Shown piece by piece: positions 22,480-36,971 of a DNA stretch of 39,249 nucleotides. The notes beneath the pieces are model-generated. The model was given only the letters and a program-made list of their open reading frames with translations. It was not told the origin of the DNA and did not search any database. This stretch comes from Neolecta irregularis DAH-3 (lineage: Eukaryota), in NCBI GenBank assembly GCA_001929475.1, contig LXFE01002348.1, positions 1 through 39,249 on the forward strand, in the 5' to 3' direction. The number at the start of each line of letters is the position of its first letter. The stretch's first letter is position 1. The translations under genes were made by a program, and so were the position numbers.

Positions 22480-25400
22480 ATGCTGGTCAACGCCTATCCC
22501 CAGCAAGACCCCGGCGATCCCAGTCTCTCCAGGCCCCCTGTTCCTTCCTCCACCGGCCCGCCCTCCCGCCAACCCTCCCTCTCCTCGGCTCCCCACTTCA
22601 GTTCGCCCAGACGCACCCCGCATAGCTCTCCTTCCGCCCGCTCAACGCCCGGCCCTTCCCCCGTCGTCCTCCAGACAGCATTCCCCGGCAGCAGCACTCC
22701 AGAACAGCTCCAGTCACCGGTCATCCCCCCCCCTGGAAAGACCCAACTTCCAAATGGCAAGACCCACTCCCCTGATCCAAAGACACCCGCTGAATACGCC
22801 CTCCATATCTTGTTTACGCAGTTCGTCAAAGTCGCAGAGAAAAAATTAAATTTTATCCAAACATTGCCCAGCGATTCGGAGCCAAACATCACCAGTATAC
22901 TCGGTCTTGGTGTCGACCCCACTTTCGACAAAATACTTGTATCCCTCGGTTATATCGCACGTCATAAACCAAAACCAGTCATCGATAGCATCATGTTTTG
23001 GCGAAAGTCCAAGAGTGAAACATCAGTCGTCACTGAACCCAGGCGCCCAGAAATGCATCACCCCAGAACAAAAAGCTATGGCAGCAATCTAAGCAACTCG
23101 AGTAGAGAAGCAACCATATTGGCAGAACGCCGTAGTCTCGTGTCAATATACATCCTTTGTAGAGCTCTGATCGAAGTCGTGAAACAAACTCCTTCAGGTG
23201 CTCTTGGAGAAGAACTAGGCGACAAACTCGAAGAAATCGTATTCAACCAACTTAAAAATGCAGATCCTGAAACGATCGGCCAATCACCAATCCGACTTGC
23301 CAATTGGGAATTATTTGCCGAAATGCTGGGTTGCATGTCCGAATCTCGGTAGGCCCCCCTCCGAGCCTAGCTTAATAGATCCAGGTTTGCGGAGGTCAAT
23401 GATCGCTTCATCGAGGAACTTGAAAAACACTCCAAAGGTCCCCTTCCTAAAGACAGGGAAGCCGGCGTAGAGTTGGTTATCCAAGGAATGCGTTATCTCA
23501 AGATCAAAGTGTTCAGTGTAATTCAGTCATGGCTAATATCAGATATATCCCATGGATGCCCTTGAAGAGTGCTCTGGGTTTCTGTCCAGTCTCGCGGGTT
23601 TTTTAAAACAAGCTTCTAGCTTTAGAATCAAGCGTGCCTATGCGGATCTGCTCAATATGCTAATATTACCCGTCGTCGGAGTATACTCCATCTCTATACT
23701 TTTCTAATAGTAGGCGGCAACAGCCGAAGTCAATCACCCTACCTGGTCTGATACCATTAAATCTCTTTACCCAAAAATTGTAAAGATGGCTCTCAAACAG
23801 CGCAATTGGCCGTTTGCCTATCCATTAGCTGTCACATTGCTCTGCGTAAGTCCTCAAGAGTTTTTCGCAGATCATTGGTTCGAACTGGCCGAATCGAATT
23901 TCAGCAGGTTTAAAGACAAAACATGCAAAGGTAATAACATTTACACTGGTATCAGGCTTGATGTTTCTAGGCCTCGCAGTCTGCTGCCTTTCTCAACTCG
24001 TCTGGATTTATATGTTTCGTTACACAGATTCCATCTCAAATACAACCCGGAAACTCGACATTATCACGAAAACCCTCTTTCCCTCAGGCCGCAAAGGGAT
24101 CGTGCCCTCAGATGTTTCGATTACTCCATTCATTCAACTCTTACGATTTATTTGCGTCAAGCATTTCGACTACGGCTACAAGAACATTATTTGTTCATTG
24201 ATGAACGCCGACCAATTAGCTCTTGTGCAAGGCTACATTCCATTAGATTCTCTCTCGCCCGAACGAATGACTGTCGGAATCTATGGATTTCTTGCAATTT
24301 TGTCAAGTTTGGCTAGCTCAGAAACCACCCCTCCCTTTCCGACTAATTTCGAAGACAATCCGCGAGTCCAAAATTGCCATACCCTGCCTTCTTCTTTATT
24401 TTCGACGCCGCTTATCAAGGATTGCTATGAACATTTCTGTCAGACTCTTGGGAAAATTGCCTTTGCGTGTGACCAATACCTTTTTGGAGGTGGCAACGCT
24501 ACTGATTCTCCAAAAACCCCAATAGTAGGTACGTTCCAATTCGAACCTTATGGAGTCAGTTTACCGCTTGGCTCTCATATCAGGGACAAGCAAGCATCCT
24601 TTGACTTGTTACACGCCATTTTTGATGCGATCCCTACATGTTTTCCCAAGAATATTCCTTTAGCAAAAGTCATTGATATTCTTTGCAGCGGAATAGGACA
24701 TATCGATCCTGGCGTAGCAGCCGCTGCTCGAACCGCATTAAAAGCCATTGCTAAAACGAAAAATGCAAAAATGATTGTTACTGGCTATGAGCGATACTTA
24801 TTTAAATATGACGAAAGACAAGTTCGCGATCGAAGTGGAGACTCTCAGTTGGCCGTTAGCGACGATATGCTTAAATTGTACATCGATCTTCTCACGGCGT
24901 GGTTGGAAGCCTTACAAGCCAAAATAAAACCGATGCCTGAGACGCCAATGTCGCCGATCAGCAATGATGAAAATTTAAATCGAAGCGAAGAATTGGAAAC
25001 AACCAGTATTTGGTCCGTCATTGAAGAAACCGAAGCAAATGGTCTTTTCTTCCTTTGTAGTCAATCTCGGAAAGTTCGCAGGCGAGCTATTTCCGTAATG
25101 AGACTGATTACAGAATTCGAAACGGTGCTTGATTATCGCTGTGATTCCGCAAGATCAATTACAAGTCCACTTTCATTACCATCTACCCCAAACCAATCTC
25201 CGTGTACACGGATCATCCACATTCTTGAAAATAACAGTTCAACTGTTTTGGATTTCGATCATGATTTATTATCGACTGCTGAACGAACCCGCTTGCATAA
25301 ATTACAGCAGAACAACAAAACTGCCGATACACTTCTTCATCTGGCTGAAAGCGACAACGCGATCGATATGGCCCTTTGGTACCGTGCTTTTCCCAGACTT

Positions 25401-28400
25401 ATCAAGATTTGTTTTGAAAAGTTTCCAATGGCAGTCGTGTTATGTCGCAATACCATTTGTGAACGTTTGTTACATATGCAAACATATATTACGGCTTTGG
25501 TGGAGGGCAACAAGTTGCCTAACCTCAGCCCTTTTGATATTCTTCCAAAGAGTATAAAGGCTACCACGTACCCTGAAATGCTTATTGAACAATGGAAGCT
25601 ATATCTCATTATGGCGTGTTCGACGTTGACGTTGACTGACGAACAAGCACCCAAGTTACGTTATCGTCATGGTCGAAAGCGATCTGTACCAGTCGCCGCA
25701 TACGAGAGAATTACATCTGCTCGAGCGGTTTTCCAATTGGTCATTCCACTTTTGGCTGTGGAACATAACAGGATTCGGCAAGGCGTTGTGACAGCTTTGG
25801 GATGTATTAATGTGAACCTTTACAAGGTCCTAGTTGAAGATCTACAGCCCATTATCAGATCGCTCGGTGAAGATGTTCGTGTCAAACAGTATGGAAAGCA
25901 ATCTCCTAGTCCACGTCGCAATCGGCGTCAAGATCGCTTACGAGCCGAAGTCACACACATTTTTCAATCTACTTCACATTTTCTTCTTCATGAAGAGATT
26001 TCTCGGGACGATTGGATACTTGAGACCCTTGTCAATTTCATTAAAGATACCAAAGTCTTTCTAAGTGACGCCGATGTTCAAGTGGAATGGGAATACCAGG
26101 AACTTCGCCGTCATTTCTGTGGTCTGATGGAGGCATTGTACAACGTTATAATCAAAACGCCTGAACCTTCTCGTTGGCTCCCTTTTGAAGGTCGGGTTTC
26201 TTGCTTTCGTTTAATTGAAGAATGGTGCGGTTTCGGTCAATATGCAAGCCTTGCAAAGCAGCGTGAAGAGAAAATGAAAGCCTCTGTTTTGGCACAGTAT
26301 AAAGATGTTCGAGACAGAGGCGCATTAACTGCTCCACTTGAAATAGAGAAGCGGAACGTTGAGCTCGCTGCTTTGAGTGTTTTGGCATCATTATGCGTAT
26401 GCTCCGCATATACACTTCTTCTGATTCAATACAGTCTGGTCCGGTGATGCAGCCTATCGAACAAGACGGAAGCAGGAAAGCTCTCATGGCTTTTGACATT
26501 GGTGGGCTTTTGCGCTGGATCGATGCGGTCTTTACGAGTCCAAGTGAACGCATACACAAAATTGGTCGAAGAGCCTTGAGCAATCTCCTCACCCATAATG
26601 TCGACCACGGCATTTTATTTGAAGATGTTGTTCAGCAATGCTACGTTGGAGAACCGAAGGCCAAAGTCACACAAAGTTTCTTTATGGTGGCTGCCGATAC
26701 ATTGACTGAATATCCCGACACGCGATGTCAGTTGTTCCAAATCTTGGCCTTATGTATTCTCAAGGCCGGGGATAAGAATATAGAAGTCCGACTCAAAGCC
26801 GTTCATTTACTCGAAACGACCGAAATGAGGCATTTTGGCCGATCAGTCCTGGAAGAGTTCGAGATCGGTTTAGCAAGCGATACTCCTGCAGTTTATCGCC
26901 GCCATCAGTCGCTTCTGTCGCAGAGAATTGCTGAAACACATCCTGATCAAGTTCTCTATGTTTTTTCCGAATACACTTCCTATATCTATCTTGTCAATGA
27001 ACACTACCAGCAAGATATCATATCCGCCCTGCTTCCCTGGATCCGGATGATCGAATTGCATTTAGATCCAACAGGCGAAGACCTTAGTTCTGCCGCTCAA
27101 ATGGTATTCGCAAATATGTTTGAGATTCAAGTACGTCTTGGAGATCACATGTTGGATCACATTGAAGCATTGTGGACGGCACTGGCGTCTGGCCCGTTTC
27201 CTGGAAACGTCAAGGCTATTCTGGATTATATTCTGAAGCAGAGCATTCATCGGCGTGATCCAGCCTTTGTTAATCTGTGTCGTGAAGTCATTGTTTATCT
27301 AAGTCGTACCCCGGCAGGCGTAAAACTTGTCGAGGCACTGATTGCTTATCTTCAACCACGTTCAATGATCCCTCAAGTTGTGGAACCCTCACCGACTCTC
27401 AATCTTGATCAGATATATCCGCATCATGCAAACCTCTCGACTCTTCTGACACCACCTATCAAGCCCGCCGTATTCTCGTATGGTCAACTAGCACTCATTT
27501 TTCTGGCGGATATCGTGCAAAAGCCTTTATCAACGATGACTCAACATGTCCCACTCATTCTACATATTGTTTTCTCGCAGTTGGATCATTACACTTGTTT
27601 GATACATGACCAAACAAAAGAGATGCTGATTCATTTGCTTCATGAAATCCCCGAACGACGTAGATCGGATACATTCTTAACGACAGCAGCAAAAGATCTA
27701 ATCAGCGATTTGCGCAAATGGGATAACAAATTATTCTGGTCGTATGATGACCTCAACAATCGAAAAAATGCTCGAACGCCAAAGCAGATGGAGAAAATGG
27801 TTCATAATGTAATTGAAGCTTTCAGTGTCGAAATCCCTGATCTTCGACATACATGGGGAAAGACTGCGCTCACCTGGGCAACCTCTTGCCCTGTCCGTCA
27901 CCTTGCCTGTCGTTCATTTCAAGTTTTTCGCTGCCTAATGCCTGGGATGACCCAGGACATGCTTGCAGATATGCTGGCCCGCTTATCGAATACAATTGCC
28001 GACACCTCAAATGATATTCAAGGATTCGCTATGGAAATTCTTGCTACTTTGGATGCTGTAACCTCTGAGCTCGACGTAGCCGATGCTTTGGATTATCCCC
28101 AATTATTTTGGGCCACTGTCGCATGTCTCAATACAATCCACGAACCTGAATTTCTTGCATCATTGTCTATTCTCGAGAAACTGATTGTAAAGATTGATCT
28201 CAGTAACCCCTCCAATGTTGCTTTTCTAATGGCTACCTTCCCTCCGAAATGGGAAGGCAAGTTTGAAGGTTTGCAATCTTTGATCTTGAAAGGTCTTCGC
28301 TCGTCACGGGCTCTTGAGCCGTCTTTCAAAATTTTGGAACGCCTCAACGAAATACCCGATAATGAGCTTGTCTATTGCGACGGACGATTGTTATATGGCG

Positions 28401-29731
28401 TTTTAGCGAATTTGCCCCGTTTTCTTGATTGCATTGAAAACTCTCAAATTACTGACGATGTTGTTATCGCTGCTCAACAATTGTCTTCGACTGCAGAACG
28501 TCAGGAGCTTTACACATTAGCCAAGATCCTAGATTCTTATGGAAAATCCAGATTCCGAACCAAAGAGGATTTTCTTCGGCAAATTGTTCATACCATTCGA
28601 GAGTTGTATTTTCCGCAGCATGAAACACAGGCGCTCATCTTCTTGCTGGGTCTACTATCCAACAAGTTGACATGGATGAGACTAAAGACTCTCGAACTTC
28701 TGAAAGCTGTCTTGCCTCATATCGACATGCGAAAGCCTGATTTTGTTGGAGTTGGAGCGGACCTCATTGCCCCTCTACTTCGACTACTTCAAACTGATCA
28801 TGCCCACAAGGCTCTCAAGGTTCTTGATGAAGCCATCTCGATATCTGGAGGTCCAATGGACAGACACATTCTTCGCATGAGTTTGGGTAATAGCACAATC
28901 AGAAAAGAATACGAACGTACCGCCACTCTCTTCGGGATCCCAGATGAAACTGGCTGGGCCATCCCTATTCCTGCAGTAACTGCAACAACAACTCGAAACA
29001 ATGTCCATGCTGTCTTTTATACTTGTGTTAGTACTACAAGTGCAGGCTCGCCCGGTTCCGATGTCCAATTTCATGCCGATGACTACATTTATTCACCCAT
29101 TCGGGATGATAGAACTGCTACAATGTTATCAGATGATCGGACTGAAGTACATATGGGTGATATGGTATCCACGCTCCATAATCTCGACCAGTGGTTTGCA
29201 GAAGACGTTCCATCTCATGCACCCACGCCTTCTCTTGCTGGTACAGAATATAGCGTTGAACATTCAGAGAGTGCGCCCCATGTCTATGATACTCGGGTAG
29301 CTGCTATTGTGTCACGCAGTCTCATGAGAACACCATCAACGACATCGTTTAAAACAAATTTGGCAGATTCCTTCGGCGCTGCTTACGGAAATGTTCGCCC
29401 ATCAATGCCGCATCCACATGCATACCGGTCATCCCCAAACACAGATTCTCCAGGTTCACCGGCAAGTCTTGACAGCAGAGGGATAAAAGAAGAAGACTCC
29501 TTTGAAAGCGGAGACGATTACGATAATGACGAAGATACGGTCGTATTCAACAGTAACAGTTTTGAAAATTCCTTTGGGCTTGAAAAGTTGATTCGTACGG
29601 CCAAGCGCAGTTCATCAAAGATGCAGCTATCAGCCAAGCTCAATGGGAAGAAATCTGCTGTGCCGCGAGAAACTCGTGATCGAAACAGTCGAGGCCGTTC
29701 GCTATCAAATGGATTCGGTATTGCCTCGTGA
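22480..29731 (+). CDS. mor2: Cell morphogenesis scaffold Mor2/Tao3 (Furry family, MOR/RAM network); 5 introns
   Basis: KTPAEYALHILFTQFV, GVDPTFDKIL, KPKPVIDSIMFWRKSK, ERRSLVSIYILCRAL, WATSCPVRHLACRSFQ, DMLARLSNTI, TLFGIPDETGW. Introns 23349-23384, 23509-23542, 23681-23713, 23931-23970, 26397-26434. Start codon is uncertain. Confidence 0.93.
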
Positions 29732-30202
29732 TATCCTGAATGATGATCATGAACTATGAGCTACGAGTTTCTCCTAGCATCTTTTGCATTTTTACAATGT
29801 TTGTTTCGCCTATTTTGGATTCATCTAACTGGTTTGCAGATTGTGTTCCGTGTCTTGCTATTCTCTACGCCTGTACAATTATATTGGAGGGGCGTTGATT
29901 TTTCCGGATTTTGAGTATCTTTCTTTTTCGTTTTTCTCTTATGCGAAGGTGTTTGGATATCGTTATTTTCACGAGGTATGATGAGATGGGTGGATCTTGT
30001 ATATAATGAGATAGATTACAGGTTACGGAGCTCTTATGATTGTAATATTATACCTATAGATTTGACGATCAAGCTATAGCATGTAGAGTCACGCCGGACT
30101 GCTCTTCGATCTACTTCCAAAGGTCGATGAGCTTGACGTAGGAATTAATGTTATGAAAATAAAACGTCAACCTCACCGAAAATCATCGGCCGTGCTAACT
30201 AA

Positions 30203-31499
30203 ATGAACTCTCTCTCCCATCTTCCAGCTGGAGTCCATGACCCATATCGACCGTCTCTATTTGAATTAGTAGCAGAAAAACAACTACGCGATCTTCTGCA
30301 GCCAGCATTACGTTATGTGTTCGCCGTAAGTTGATCTTGAGAACACACTTATTCAAAATTACCCAGTTCTATGCCGAAAGATATCCACGCTATCTCATAC
30401 GTATATTTAATTTGCACGATGAGTTATATGCACTTCTCATGGTGCTGATTGAAAGATATTACTTGAGGGAATGGGGTTCACCTACTCGAAATCTTTTGCA
30501 AATTAACAGAACAAGGAGGATCATTTACGGAAAACTTTTATGGTCTGAAGAGAACGCGGGCACCAGCTCTTGCTGATGTGCATCGTACTTCAGCATCAGT
30601 GTCAGGTCTATTGAACAAGGCCACTCGGCTACGGAGCAAAGATATCCGGAGGTCGCTTTTTGTTATGGTTTACTCAAGGAAGACTCCTAAGTTGAACCAT
30701 AGATTGTAATACCTTACATCAAGGCTAAATTAGACAATCTCTACGATGTTCGAGCTGGAGGGGCAGCATCTCGACTCTTAGGACACGCATTTCAACAGGA
30801 CGAAGAATTACACGAAAATGTAAAGAGAATTCCGGAAGCCTTATTAACCCAGAGCAGACTTCACGGCGTGATAGGTTTTATTTTTACCTTGCTCGGATAT
30901 TTCGTCGATTTTATCCATTTATCAATGCAGCATACAGTCTTTCCACCTTGGCCTTTTACTTTACATATCTATTCGACAAATCGGACTGTCACTCCCCCTG
31001 GCTTGCTCTAATTAGGGTCAGGGTCAGAAGACTCGGGGCGGATGACTACGTAAGCAGTCATGAACACGAGTCATTCTGATGAAATTAGCGTTTACAAGCA
31101 GATAAATCACAAAACTCGAGGAGAAATGGCGTATCAGCCTCATCGAGGATTTTCAACAGTCTTCGTCTTATGCTACCAATATCGATCTTCCTTCTTAAAT
31201 TTCTCGAATGGTGGCACGAGAGTGACTTTGCCCGACAGTGGACCGCAAAGTCCACTTTATCCATCGAATTGCCTCCTCCAGAACTGATTCCTCCGCATGA
31301 AGATGGCATTTCACTACCTACTGATTCAAGTCTATGTCCCCTTTGTGAAATGAGCATTCGGAACCCTACAGTTTTGTCCACGGGTTATGTTTTTTGTTAT
31401 CCTTGTATTCATAAATGGGTTGAGGAGCATGATTATTGTCCTGTAACTCGAAGCAAAATTCTCAGTGGCGTAGCTGAACTCAGGAGGATAATGGCTTAA
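30203..31499 (+). CDS. PEX12: Peroxin PEX12 (RING-type peroxisomal import factor); 5 introns
   Basis: PSLFELVA..LRDLLQPALRY, GGSFTENFYGLKR, IFLLKFLEWW, degenerate RING CPLC..NPTVLSTGYVFCYPCI..CPVT, LRRIM. Confidence 0.92.
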
Positions 31500-31602
31500 A
31501 AAGCGTAGATATAAAAATCATGTAAAGTTATCGCCGTCATGTCATTCTCACGTGATCCTGACTTTCCTATCTTCCAAAACTGAACTCTGGTTCATTTCGG
31601 AT

Positions 31603-32086
31603 ATGGAGCAACAACCAAATTCCTCTGATTGTTTCCTGTTTCACTCTTCTGTGTTTCCAAATGAGGCTTCAGAGGCACGAGATCATTGCGGTACACATTC
31701 CAACTATTCAAAATTTGACTCTAGCAAATGAACGAAACTTTCTGTCATGTCTCCGGCTTGCAATAATCCTAGCTCTTGTAGGCGTAGTAATTGAAGGCCG
31801 AATTCGACTGATATCGGATGATGGTCCGTCTTCTCCTAGGCCGGAATATCCCTTGCCCCTTGGTATTGCGGAATATTAAATTGACCAAGCTGACACCTAA
31901 GGCATTGTTTTGCTAATTTTGAGTATTTTTTGCTTGATATTCGGAGTGTTTAATTACTACCACACGCTGAAGAAATACGAACAGCATCGGTCTTATGTTC
32001 AGTTGGGATGGCAATCACAGCTTTTAGGATTATCGATTGGGATATGTACATTTGGAATGACGGTTTTATTCACCTATTATAGTTGA
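31603..32086 (+). CDS. Small DUF202 (YidH/Vtc1-like) membrane protein; 2 introns
   Basis: NEASEARDHC|ANERNFLSCLR signature followed by three hydrophobic segments. Introns 31691-31724 and 31863-31901. Confidence 0.8.
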
Positions 32087-32219
32087 CGGCTGATCCACTA
32101 GGTTGTGTCTTTGATAACAGAACGACGCTGAGAGTTTGGACTGTGCTGAGGTTCATCCTAGTCTACTATAGCCAAACGATTTGACAGCATGCACAACTAC
32201 AATCATAAGCCTCCCTAAA

Positions 32220-35200
32220 TTACTGCTCCATATAATCCGGATTTTTCCTCAAAATCACAAGACCTTCAAGAACGGCCGACAATGAAAGATATTCCTCCGA
32301 TGCCAGTTCTGCACGATCGTTATGACCCAAGAGTACAGGGGTGGTGTGAGTTTGGAAGCCGGTTATTGTCTTGGGTCGGCCAGCCTGTCCGACAACGTCA
32401 ACGGCCTGTGGGGTAAGTCCTCAAAGTAAAGAAAAAGTAGCTACCTGTCCTACTCTAGCAGTAACCGGCAACGGTTCAAGGTTCTCATCTAATGTAATCA
32501 AGAACCGGGGATGCATGGCCATTGACATGTAATATAGTAACCAAGGGGCTTGTTCCAAAATAACTGCTTCATCAGCAGATTTCCAAATGACAAAAGATTA
32601 CAGAATTTTGAATCCATGAGCGATACTAATACCGATAATAATCCCGAGACCGCTACTTTTGACATAATTTGCCGATCCCCGTAAAATGGGTTGATACTCA
32701 TAGTACCCTTACCCATATGCACTAGACCCTACTCTGAGTCAACTGGGGGTTCTATAAAGCAATTTACCTGGGCGATTCGAACCATGAACAGTGCATTTGC
32801 TTCTCGAGAATAATAACTCGCAAGTTGTCTCAACAATTGAGCTAATCGGGCATTGTTTGTCCCAGCACCAATCATTCCCATTGCAAATATTGCATTAATA
32901 GCAACCTCAATATCACTGTCATGAGATAGTCGACTTAGAGTATCGATAATTTTGATCTGGGGGTTGCTGGCACTTATCAATCCCAAAGCGAGAGGGACTG
33001 CTTTGCGAATGACAGGTTCACCATAATGCATCTAATAGTAAGCTCACAAACCCTATTGATGTCGAACCAAATGACTAAATTGACGTAAAGCCATTTCAGC
33101 ACCAACCTCTTCGCCCATAGCAATCATTGCAATTCCTAGGACAGCAAACCCTTGGAATAAATCATCTTTGTGGTCATCTTCGCCATCAATATGCGCATTG
33201 CAGAGATGCAATAGAGACTGAATTTTGAGCACGTTTCCTGTACCAGCGTAGCTGGATATATCTACAAGGACTTCTGACTGTCTAGCAATAGGATGTTCGA
33301 CAGCTTTGAGGGTTTCGATGGTAACGTCTGCTGCGTCTTGTTTGCCCAAGAATAAAAGGGCCAAGCCGAGAGACATGAAGCGGCCGTATTTGTCCTTCAA
33401 GGCCTTTTCTTCACGTTCCATGAGAGTCTGGAGAATCGTAGAGCTGATTTCATCATTACATGACCCTACAAAAACTTGGCCCAGAGCCAGCGCTGCGAAC
33501 CCGGATAATTGCATAGTGTAAGCCGAATCACCAACGATTGGAAGCAAAAGATCCAGAACTTCTTGTCTCTGTGAACCGGCATATGCGAATCCCAACCTAC
33601 ACATTCAGAGGCAGCCATAAAGAAAGCCTACCCAGCGATAGCCCCTGTCTTGACATGCATATTTGGTGCTTCGAGCCACTCACCAAGAATCGCGAGACCA
33701 GGATCATTCTCGTCACGCACACCCATCAAAGAAATGCCCATTGCGAGTGCAGAACCGCCTTTAATGTGATCCTCGGAAGAATATTGATATTTCTCGGCGG
33801 CTTGTAGACCCTCATCTGGATTCCAAAGATGTAGAAGACCAATTGAACCAGCAGCACTCATTTGATCAGCATTTTTATTTTTGAAAATCCAAGGGCTCTT
33901 TTCATCTTCCACGAGGATGAGTTTATCTTTTCCGAACCCGGCATTTACGAATGCGTTTACGAATGTTGCAGCAAGGTTTTGCTTAGCCGAGTCAATATTT
34001 GCGGCCCCGAGGCTTGGTCCTAAAAGGAATCAGTCGTCGGATTAATTTCACAACACTGACGGGTATTTTCCAAATGTGACTTGTAGATGTCCTCGGGCAA
34101 TTTTGGCTCCTGGATGTTGAGTTCGTCGGCGAGTTTGTGAAAGTATTTGTGTAGCTTGGTATTACGAAGACAATCAGAGAGTTCTTCATCTTCGGATTCT
34201 ATCCAAATTTGTTGTCGTGACAGCATAAATGCTAGCTGGCGCTTCAGAGTGCTAAAATGAATGTGAGCCATGTCTCGAAATGTGCAAACATACCGATCTG
34301 TTGTTGATTCGAAATCCGCATGGATGAGATCCAGATCATCTAATCTAATAGCTAGTGACAAGGCTTGTGCTATTCTGCCATGCCGTCGATAGATCTCGTG
34401 CGCTGTGCGAAGGAATTGGACATCATCGGGAGGTGCCAGTAAACTAACGCAGCTGGTTGTCAGTTCAGCCTTGTCTATATCATGATAGTACCCGACCATG
34501 TACAAGCACACTCGTTCAAAGGTATTTTTGTCGACGAATTCTACTATTCGGTCGATAGATTCTAGTTCGAGTAGCAAATCGACAGCATCATGTTCAGCAT
34601 TATGTCCTAGGAAAAAAGGAACGAGGATAAGGACTAGAGACATTAGGTCATCGATGCCCTCTTCTTTTTCCATCCGTGCCGTATGCTCTTGCGCGATCTC
34701 AGCAGCCAAATGCCTGATGTTGGTGATCAAGCAAAAGTAAATACATACCGCACGTATTCATGGCCCCACAAGGTTGGATCTTCATTACCTCCCAATAGCC
34801 TATATTTTAGAGACTGTCGTTTTCCATTTTCAGTGAAAGTCATGCCCAAGACCGATAAAACATCTGCAAGAGCATGCTAGAGGGTCAATAGACTTTCCAT
34901 CTCTGGGTCTCAGCTCTACCTTGTTTGCAGAATCTGGCCATGATTCATACAGACCAATCATGTCTGCATAGTGTGGTCTTAGGAATTTGAGAGGTTTTGG
35001 GACGGCCGTCATTGAGCTCGTGGAAGTTCGGATGTATGTTTTGAGCTGCTCAAGAGCAGGCTTATAGAGGGCGGAATTCGATTCCTTGGAGTAAATGCGG
35101 AATTCTAGCGAGTGCAGTACTTTTAGTCTCTCTACAAGCATCTCGAGTTCGTTTTTGAGCTGTTGGTCTTCCTCTGACTGTGGGATAAGCCCGGTTTGGG

Positions 35201-35333
35201 GACTGGAACCCACCAATTCCTCCTGGTCCTCGTTCTTAGGCTGCATGCCGGGTTTCTGGGCGGGTGGACCTGAGTCTGCATCTGCAGGTGTGGGTTTGGA
35301 GGTCTTTGTGGGTGCCTGGGCGCTTGAAGGCAT
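32220..35333 (-). CDS. RPN1: 26S proteasome regulatory subunit Rpn1 (PSMD2/Mts4); 12 introns
   Basis: [106 protein letters not shown]. Confidence 0.97.
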
Positions 35334-35536
35334 GTCGGCGGTCTGTTTGAAGCGCGGATTCTTCTCTGAGCTGGGCCGCGTCACTTGCAGCCGCCCCCGG
35401 TGATGGTGGAGCAGATGCATACATGCAGACTGCTTGCTGCAGCGGCGCTTGGAGGTGTATGTGCTTGTGCTGTATATCTCACTACGCATATACCCGAGAA
35501 TGCCGCCAGTGGCCACGCCGCTGCCCAAACATACCC

Positions 35537-36346
35537 ATGGCCACTCCCCGTCCAGGCACCACACCAGGCATTTACTCCACACCCAGCCACCGTACACTGA
35601 CTCTGCCCAGACACAGAAGCCAAGCTGCAGTCGTATGTCAACTACAGCGGCCATTTTAGCTTCATCCGCTACCTGCACCTCGCAGATTTTATCACAATCC
35701 TCAATGGTGCATATATGCGCCGTATATGTGTTGCTTATCTTGGCGCAGGGTTTTGCGGAATCATGTCCGTCTTCTCGTCGATGCGCTACTGTCTTGGTCT
35801 ACCTACAGACTTTTCAGACCTCACTCTTGCCATGGTCCTGATCCCCATGGGCCTCTTTTTCGACTTTATGGACGGCAAGGTCGCCAGGTGGAGGAACAGG
35901 AGCTCGTTTCTCGGACAGGAACTGGATTCGCTCGCAGATCTGGTGTTACGGTCGTATAGGCTACACTCTAACCTCGTTAGATTTCATTCGGCGTTGCCCC
36001 AGCCGCTTGCGCTTTTGCTATTGGATTTCGTACCTTTGCTGACACAATCGTGCTATCCTCTTTTGTCCTTTGCGGCTTGTCTCGGCTAGCAAGGTTCAAT
36101 GTCACCGTCTCTTCCCTGCCAAAAGATGTATCTGGAAAATCCAAATATTTCGAAGGGACGCCTATCCCCACAACTCTGGGCCTTGTAATGACAATGGCGT
36201 ATTGGTTGAAGCAGAATCGTGTCCTTGATGCCCTACCATGGGGCGTAAAAGGAAGCGGCATGTTTGAAATCCATCCCATTGTATGTATATTTATATTGCA
36301 TGGATCTGCAATGTTGAGCAAAACTCTCAGAATACCCAAGTTGTAG
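35537..36346 (+). CDS. CHO1: CDP-diacylglycerol-serine O-phosphatidyltransferase (phosphatidylserine synthase); 3 introns
   Basis: [71 protein letters not shown]. First intron 35568-35610 is GC-AG. Start codon is inferred. Confidence 0.9.
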
Positions 36347-36971
36347 ACTCTGGAGTTGATAACACGTAATAGCATTTGTGGAGTATACTCCAGAGACTCA
36401 ATTTCAATAGCATATTATTTTTGTTCGTATTAAGCTAGGCTGTTGGCAATTCTCTATGGGATCAGCTTTTTGGAATACCGACAAAAATTGTCCAACAATT
36501 CGACAGAGTAACAGTACCCGTAACATCACCTCGATATCACTCAATGATGTTTTGTTGAAGAATGCATCTCGTGTCTAATCTCTTTCTCTCGAGATGGCGA
36601 CATCTCAGTGGAGACACGCCAATGAGGGGCTACCAGTTAAATTGGTCAGGGTCACCTGGTATATCGATGAACCTCAAAATATCCACGTTTATTCATTCCG
36701 TAACTATGCTATTGGTTTGCAAGCACTTGGACCTCCAAATATTGGTGATAGAAATCTCGGACTAATAAAATTAATTCGAAGCGTAAGATACAAAGCATAA
36801 ATCAGTCATGGATTCATGTTGGCAAGGGACCGCGTTAAGTTGCCCATGTCATCACCCGATCCCCTCCATTGCATTTGCATGGAAGAATGAGGCACTTCCA
36901 TTACCGCTTACTCCGGCCGTATAAAGCCCATCTGCTCTTATCAACCAACGTCATCTGCTTGTCTCTTCACC

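Noticed and set aside
34830-35678. Long N-terminal extensions of RPN1, RIO2, ALDH6 and MLH1 shown in the ORF track
   Set aside because: They come from non-ATG or upstream starts in GC-rich promoter DNA. Family similarity begins at the downstream ATGs (35333, 15322, 15085, 6983).
36350-36970. Short ORFs (36562-36800) between CHO1 and the permease
   Set aside because: No recognisable motif or consistent exon structure. Treated as intergenic or promoter DNA.
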